Origin: Chrysomallon squamiferum
Taxonomy: Eukaryota > Animalia > Mollusca
Reading direction: 5' to 3'
NCBI GenBank assembly: GCA_012295275.1
Contig: CM022672.1
Coordinates: forward strand, 13,950,001-14,014,000
Length of the DNA: 64,000 nucleotides
Below the pieces are notes generated by a model. It had not been told where the DNA came from and searched no databases. It worked only from the letters and a program-made list of their open reading frames with translations. Shown piece after piece: positions 58,524 to 64,000 of the stretch (positions are counted from its first letter, which is position 1; every line of letters starts with the position of its first letter). Both the position numbers and the translations under genes were made by a program.

Positions 58524-60799
58524 TATTATTACCTCGATATCTAACCTGTATTCGGCTTACTGCATATTTCAAATTTCCATTCTCTCTCTCTGTAAATTCA
58601 AATTAATAACTATTACATATTATAACAGGTGAATGAATGAAATAATTATAGACATGGCAGTGGTATATAATACATACGTAAGCAATCGCAGATTGTGTCG
58701 TCATGTCGTTGATAACAACTGAATCAACAGCACATGTAGTGATTATGACAGGTGCAATCATTAGCTTATTTAAAGGGCTCGAAGATGAGGCAGAAGCAGA
58801 TTCTCTATTGAATTCTTTGAATTAAAAAAATAAAAAAATAATAATAATAATTTTTGTTTCACTTACTTCTTATTAACGTCATAGGAACTGAATACCCCTC
58901 TTAGAGTTTTGTCTTTTGGAGTGACATAGGTGAAGTTTATTTCCAAAATGTTGTGGTACATTGTATAAAAATAACAGTTTACAAGAACTACTCCTGGAAT
59001 AAATGTAACAGTAAAAGTCGTTACAGTGTAGTAATTATAGTAATAGTACAAGTAGCAATGATAGTAGTAATTATAGTAATAGTACAAGTACCAATGATAG
59101 TAGTAATTATAGTAATAGTACGAGTAGCAGTGATAGTAGTAATAATAACAGTACAAGAAGCAATGATGGTAAGTAATTATAGTAATAGTACAAGTAGCAA
59201 TGATAGTAGTAATTATAGTAATAGTACAAGTAGCAATGATAGTAGTAATTATAGTAATAGTACGAGTAGCAGTGATAGTAGTAATAATAATAGTACAAGA
59301 AGCAATGATGGTAAGTAATTATACTAATAGTACAAGTAGTAATGACAGTAGTAATTATAGTAATAGTACGAGTAGCAGTGATAATAGTAATTATAGTAAT
59401 AGTACGAGTAGCAATAGTAGTAGTAATTATAGTAAAGTACGATTAGCAATGATAGTAGCAATAATAGTAATGGTAGGAGTAGTAATGACAGAAGTAATTA
59501 TAGTTATAGTACGAGTCGCAATGATAGTTGTAATTAATAGTATTAGTACGATTAGCAACGACAATAGTAATTATAATAATAGTACGAGTAGCAATGATAG
59601 TAGCAGTAATATTACGAGTAGGAATGACAGAAGTAAATATAGTAATAGTACGAGTAGCAATGACAGAAGCAATTATAGTAATAGTACGAGTAGCAATGAC
59701 AGTAGTAATTATAGTAATGATAGTAGTAATAACAGTAATAGTAACAGTAATAGTACAGCAATGACAGAAGCAATTATAGTAATAGTACGAGTAGCAATGA
59801 CAGTAGTAATTATAGCAATGATAGTAGCAATAACAGTAATAGTACGAGTAGCAATGACAGAAGCAATTATAGTAATAGTACGAGTAGCAATGACAGTAGT
59901 AATTATAGCAATGATAGTAGCAATAACAGTAATAGTACGAGTAGCAATGACAGAAGCAATTATAGTAATAGTACGAGTAGCAATGACAGTAGTAATTATA
60001 GCAATGATAGTAGCAATAATAATAGTACAAATGATAGTAGCAATTAAGTAATAGTAAATGACAGTAGTAATTATAGCAATGATAGTAGCAATAATAGTAA
60101 ATGATTACAATTATAGTAATAGTACGAGTAGCAATGACAGTAGTAATTATAGCAATGATAGTAGCAATAACAGTAATAGTACGAGTAGCAATAACAGAAG
60201 CAATTATAGTAATAGTACGAGTAGCAATGACAGTAGTAATTATAGCAATGATAGTAGCAATAACAGTAATAGTACGAGTAGCAATGACAGAAGCAATTAT
60301 AGTAATAGTACGAGTAGCAATGACAGTAGTAATTATAGCAATGATAGTAGCAATAACAGTAATAGTACGAGTAGCAATGACAGAAGCAATTATAGTAATA
60401 GTACGAGTAGCAATGACAGTAGTAATTAGAGTAATAGTAGAAGTAATATTGATAGTAGTAATGACAATAATAGTACAAGTAGCAATGATAGTATTAGTAG
60501 CAGTAGCTGTGATAGCGACGATCATTGAAATATTGTTATAAATTATAGCTATAACTGATATACACACTCTCATTTTATAACGATAACAACAACAACAACA
60601 ACAATAAAAACAGAAATAACAGCAACAAAAATAATAAATCAATGGCAACAACAACAGCAATAATAATAATAACCACAACAATACTAACAACAACAACAAC
60701 AACAATAATAGTAATGATGATGATGCTGATTTGCAGTCAGTACTAGTAGTGATGAGCGGTGGCGATAATGTTGTAATGTAGCAGGTGACGTGACAGTAC

Positions 60800-60882
<83 letters not shown>

Positions 60883-61177
60883 ACTTTCCTTTATGTTATT
60901 AAATTATTCATTTAAACGATGTTGTTTCTGAATTACCTGGAAAGGAACAGCATTTTACTTGGTAACGTCTGTCGTGATACAAGCGTTCGTAGTAGCTGCT
61001 TAATCCGACAATGATGCCGTTTTGTTTACACTGGAAAAGCAGCGGTCCATCAAAATAGTTGATGTGTTCTGTTTGGAAATGCGTAAGGAGTAAAAATGGT
61101 AAACAGAACAGGTAATTTATTACATATATCTGTACATTAATACTTTAAAACAAAGAAGAAGAATGAATTAACAATAA

Positions 61178-61241
<64 letters not shown>

Positions 61242-61441
61242 TATAATAAATAAAATAAAAATAAAATAAAATAAAATAAAATAAATAAATACATAATAAG
61301 TACTGGTAGTAGCAGTAGTAATTGTAGTAATAATAATAGCAGCAGCAGTGTTATGATTACTAGTTGTAACAGTAGTGGTAGTAGTAGTGGTAGTAGTAGA
61401 AGAAGTTGCAGTAAATAATTAATTGAATAATAATAATAATA

Positions 61442-61510
<69 letters not shown>

Positions 61511-62517
61511 GAATAATAATAATAATAATAATAATAACAATAAAAACAACAATAACAATAATTATAACAACAACAACAAACAAACAACAACAATAACAAC
61601 AACAACAACAACAATAATAATAGTAATAATAATAATAATAATAAAAAAAACTAACTAGACCAATAGCATTCACCGTAGTGACTGAAATATTCACAGCCGA
61701 TTTTCCAGAGCCTATCCTTATATGTCGTACTGTATATGCCGGTGATATTTCTGATGATGTGTCCTTGTGGACAAGAATAACGCAATACCTTGTTCCAATA
61801 TGGCGTCCACGAATGTATACCCACTATACACAGTAACAAAGCCAGAAAGAGAGACAACTGTCGATGAAATAAATAATAAATAAAATACGAAGGTTTTATT
61901 TATTTATTTATTTATTTATTTTTTTTTTGGGGGGGGAAGAAGAAGAAAATAAGTTATGATAAATACGAGGTTAAAAATTAAAATATTATTGTATTATATA
62001 AATATATCTAGATTATTAGGTTTTAAGATAAATAAAATAATAAATAAGTAAATAAATAAAAATAAATAAACAAATAAATAAAAACAAACAAACAAATAAA
62101 TAAATAAAATAATAAATAAATAAATAAATAAAATAAAATAGTATAAAATAAAAATAAAAAATGTATATAAAAAATAATAAAATAAATAAATAAATAAATA
62201 ATAAATAAATAAATTAAATTAAATTAGAAGAATAAATCGATAGCATCTGCGGTTTTAAGATTAAATTAAATCAAATAAAAATAAAAATAAAAATAAAAAT
62301 AAAAATAAAATAAAATGAAAATAAAAACAAAATAAAATAAATATATTATACAGAAAAAATAATTTGTAAATTCAAAAATATTTAAACAAATGCAACAACA
62401 AAATAAAACAAAAAAGTCAACATATACGAATGTGTGCATAAAATATTAAACATAATTTGGTCTGTGTTAACTTACTTCTGTGTTTCGTTTCCTTTCTTCA
62501 TTACGAATCATGGTCAT
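57819..62517 (-). CDS. Secreted dermatopontin-family protein, copy B (~197 aa)
   Basis: Exons 62517-62476, 61857-61656, 61068-60937, 58993-58867, 58589-58546, 57865-57819 total 594 nt with the same intron phases as copy A. Hydrophobic signal LSLFLALLLCIVGIHS; YKDRLWKIGC, INYFDGPLLFQC..GIIVGLSSYY...HDRRYQVKCC, LRGVFSSYDVNKKEREWKFEIC. Confidence 0.87.
59025..60500. repeat. 36-bp minisatellite with 93-bp higher-order units in intron 3 of dermatopontin B
   Basis: Unit AGTAATTATAGTAATAGTACRAGTAGCAATGAYAGT. From ~59760 a 36+57-bp pair repeats, seen as a 31-aa periodicity in the ORF track. Confidence 0.9.
60802..60878. repeat. (GA)n microsatellite
   Basis: Perfect GA run. Many other (AAT)n, (CA)n, (TATG)n and (TATC)n tracts occur in introns throughout the window. 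Confidence 0.97.
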
Positions 62518-62579
62518 GGAAATCTAATCCGCAGATATACTTCTCTTCTTCACCGCACGAGAAATGTTCTAGATGTTGC

Positions 62580-62587
62580 TTTATATA
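62580..62587 (-). promoter_or_regulatory. TATA box of dermatopontin B
   Basis: TATATAAA about 65 nt upstream of the ATG at 62517. Confidence 0.5.
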
Positions 62588-62696
62588 TACATATATATAA
62601 TTTATTTTTTGGATTATTGTACTGTATTTTAAAAAATTTATTTCAATTCTTGACCAAAAAAAAAAAAAAATAATAATTAAAAAAATTATTTACAAG

Positions 62697-62784
62697 TACA
62701 TTTTAGACACAACATCTGTGACCAGTTACACCTTGACTCTGTCGAGAAGACTGTCAAGAAATGATAAGGTTGTGTAATATAAAA
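62697..62784. promoter_or_regulatory. Conserved non-coding element upstream of dermatopontin B (paralogous to 49103-49187)
   Basis: TACATTTTAGACACAACATCTGTGACCAGTTACACCTTGACTCTGTCGAGAAG..AAGGTTGTGTAATATAAAA, ~110 bp upstream of the TATA box. Confidence 0.6.
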
Positions 62785-62963
62785 ATTTCTGGAGTTAAAA
62801 AAATAAAAAATAAAAAAAAATCGTTAAGTAAGAAAAATCATATTTTATTAAGAAAAGGTGCTAACATATTTATATTCGCACACATATCTATTTATGTCCA
62901 CCGTAAGTATGTACATATTTATGTACGTATGTATGTATGTTTGTGTTTATATGTGTGTGTACA

Positions 62964-62999
<36 letters not shown>

Positions 63000-63544
63000 T
63001 ATATACACACACACATATATATACACATATACACTCATTTAATTATATATATATCTGTATCTATTTATCTATCTACATACACACATTGTAAATTATAAAA
63101 TGTTAAAAGCATAAAGAGAAATGTAGACAAATGAAAAGAAAGACAAAAACATTTATGCACCGTACTCACACACAGAAACATACATACATACATTAACAGC
63201 TTTACAAAAACACACACATTCAAATACACACAGAGTTTAAGTCGTATACAAATATCACATTGACATATAAACATTCAAACACATATAGATAAACGTAGAC
63301 TTGTATATAAAATGCACCCATATAAAAATGTATCAAGAGGCCACTAGCTTTCATCAGTGAACGATGATAAAAAAAAGTAAAATGTTAAAAATACCCCCCC
63401 CCAAAAAAATACAAAAAAAAAGAACTAAATCAAAAAAGTAATAATTTATACAAACTGAACTTAGTATTACTGCCAGTCTGATGAAATACTTTAATGTGAA
63501 CTGATGAAACGGAGGTGTAACATCTATCAAAATGGTGAGAGAGC

Positions 63545-63931
63545 TCAATCATATGTGTGTGCACCAGCGGCACTGATGACAGCAGTACATTGTCGTCTAG
63601 TACTTCTAATGAGAGCATTAATCTCAGGAACAGTAATTGCGTTCCATTCCCGGTTCAGAGCAATATGTAGGTCATGGACATTAAGGACATGAGGATGGTT
63701 TTCGTGTACCCTACGGCCTAGTGGATCCCATTCATGCTCAACTGGGGAAAAGTCAGGAGACTTTGGTGGCCAGTTCAACATTTGGATGTGATTCCGCTCA
63801 CAAAGATTAGTGGTTAACCTAGCGGTATATGGTTTAGCGTTGTCATGTCGAAACAGACAGCTGGGATGCTGCTGTACGAATGGAATGACCACTGGTTTAA
63901 TGATCTCGTCGCAGTAACGTTGAGCAGTCAT
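63545..63931 (-). mobile_element. Tc1 (DD34E) transposase C-terminal fragment
   Basis: FRHDNAKPY...WPPKSPDFSPVEHEW...C.AVI.A.GAHT.Y with exactly 34 residues between D and E. 5'-truncated; TIRs not identified. Confidence 0.92.
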
Positions 63932-64000
63932 ACAGTCTGGGAGCTAACTGCCATTTTTTCCCTTAACCTTGCATTGTTTGTATTAAGCGTTTTTTACTCT

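Noticed and set aside
58953-60705. ORFs up to 420 aa (NYSNSTSSNDSS / VIIVIVRVAM / YYYC repeats)
   Set aside because: Same artefact, from the 36/93-bp minisatellite in dermatopontin B intron 3.

Overview
AT-rich, microsatellite-laden animal (eukaryotic) genomic DNA with spliceosomal introns. The gene content and (AAT)n/(CA)n/(TATG)n spectrum suggest a mollusc-like invertebrate (inference only). The left ~42.5 kb is a compact block: PHYHD1(+), ODR4(+), an unnamed 149-aa gene made only of two tandem MLLE/PABC domains (-) head-to-head with RPL28(+), intronless RNF26(-), two divergent RNF26-like paralogs (+; one RING-less with 27-aa repeats, one with its RING out of frame), and GEMIN4(-). The right ~21 kb is repeat-rich: two tandem dermatopontin-family genes (-) sharing a conserved ~85-bp upstream element, Tc1/mariner and Tigger relics, a 500-bp foldback, and several minisatellites. 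The best novelty candidates are the stand-alone tandem-MLLE protein and the RNF26 paralog cluster. Most short ORFs in the supplied track are microsatellite artefacts. Gene models were spliced by eye and family calls rest on recalled motifs, not database searches.
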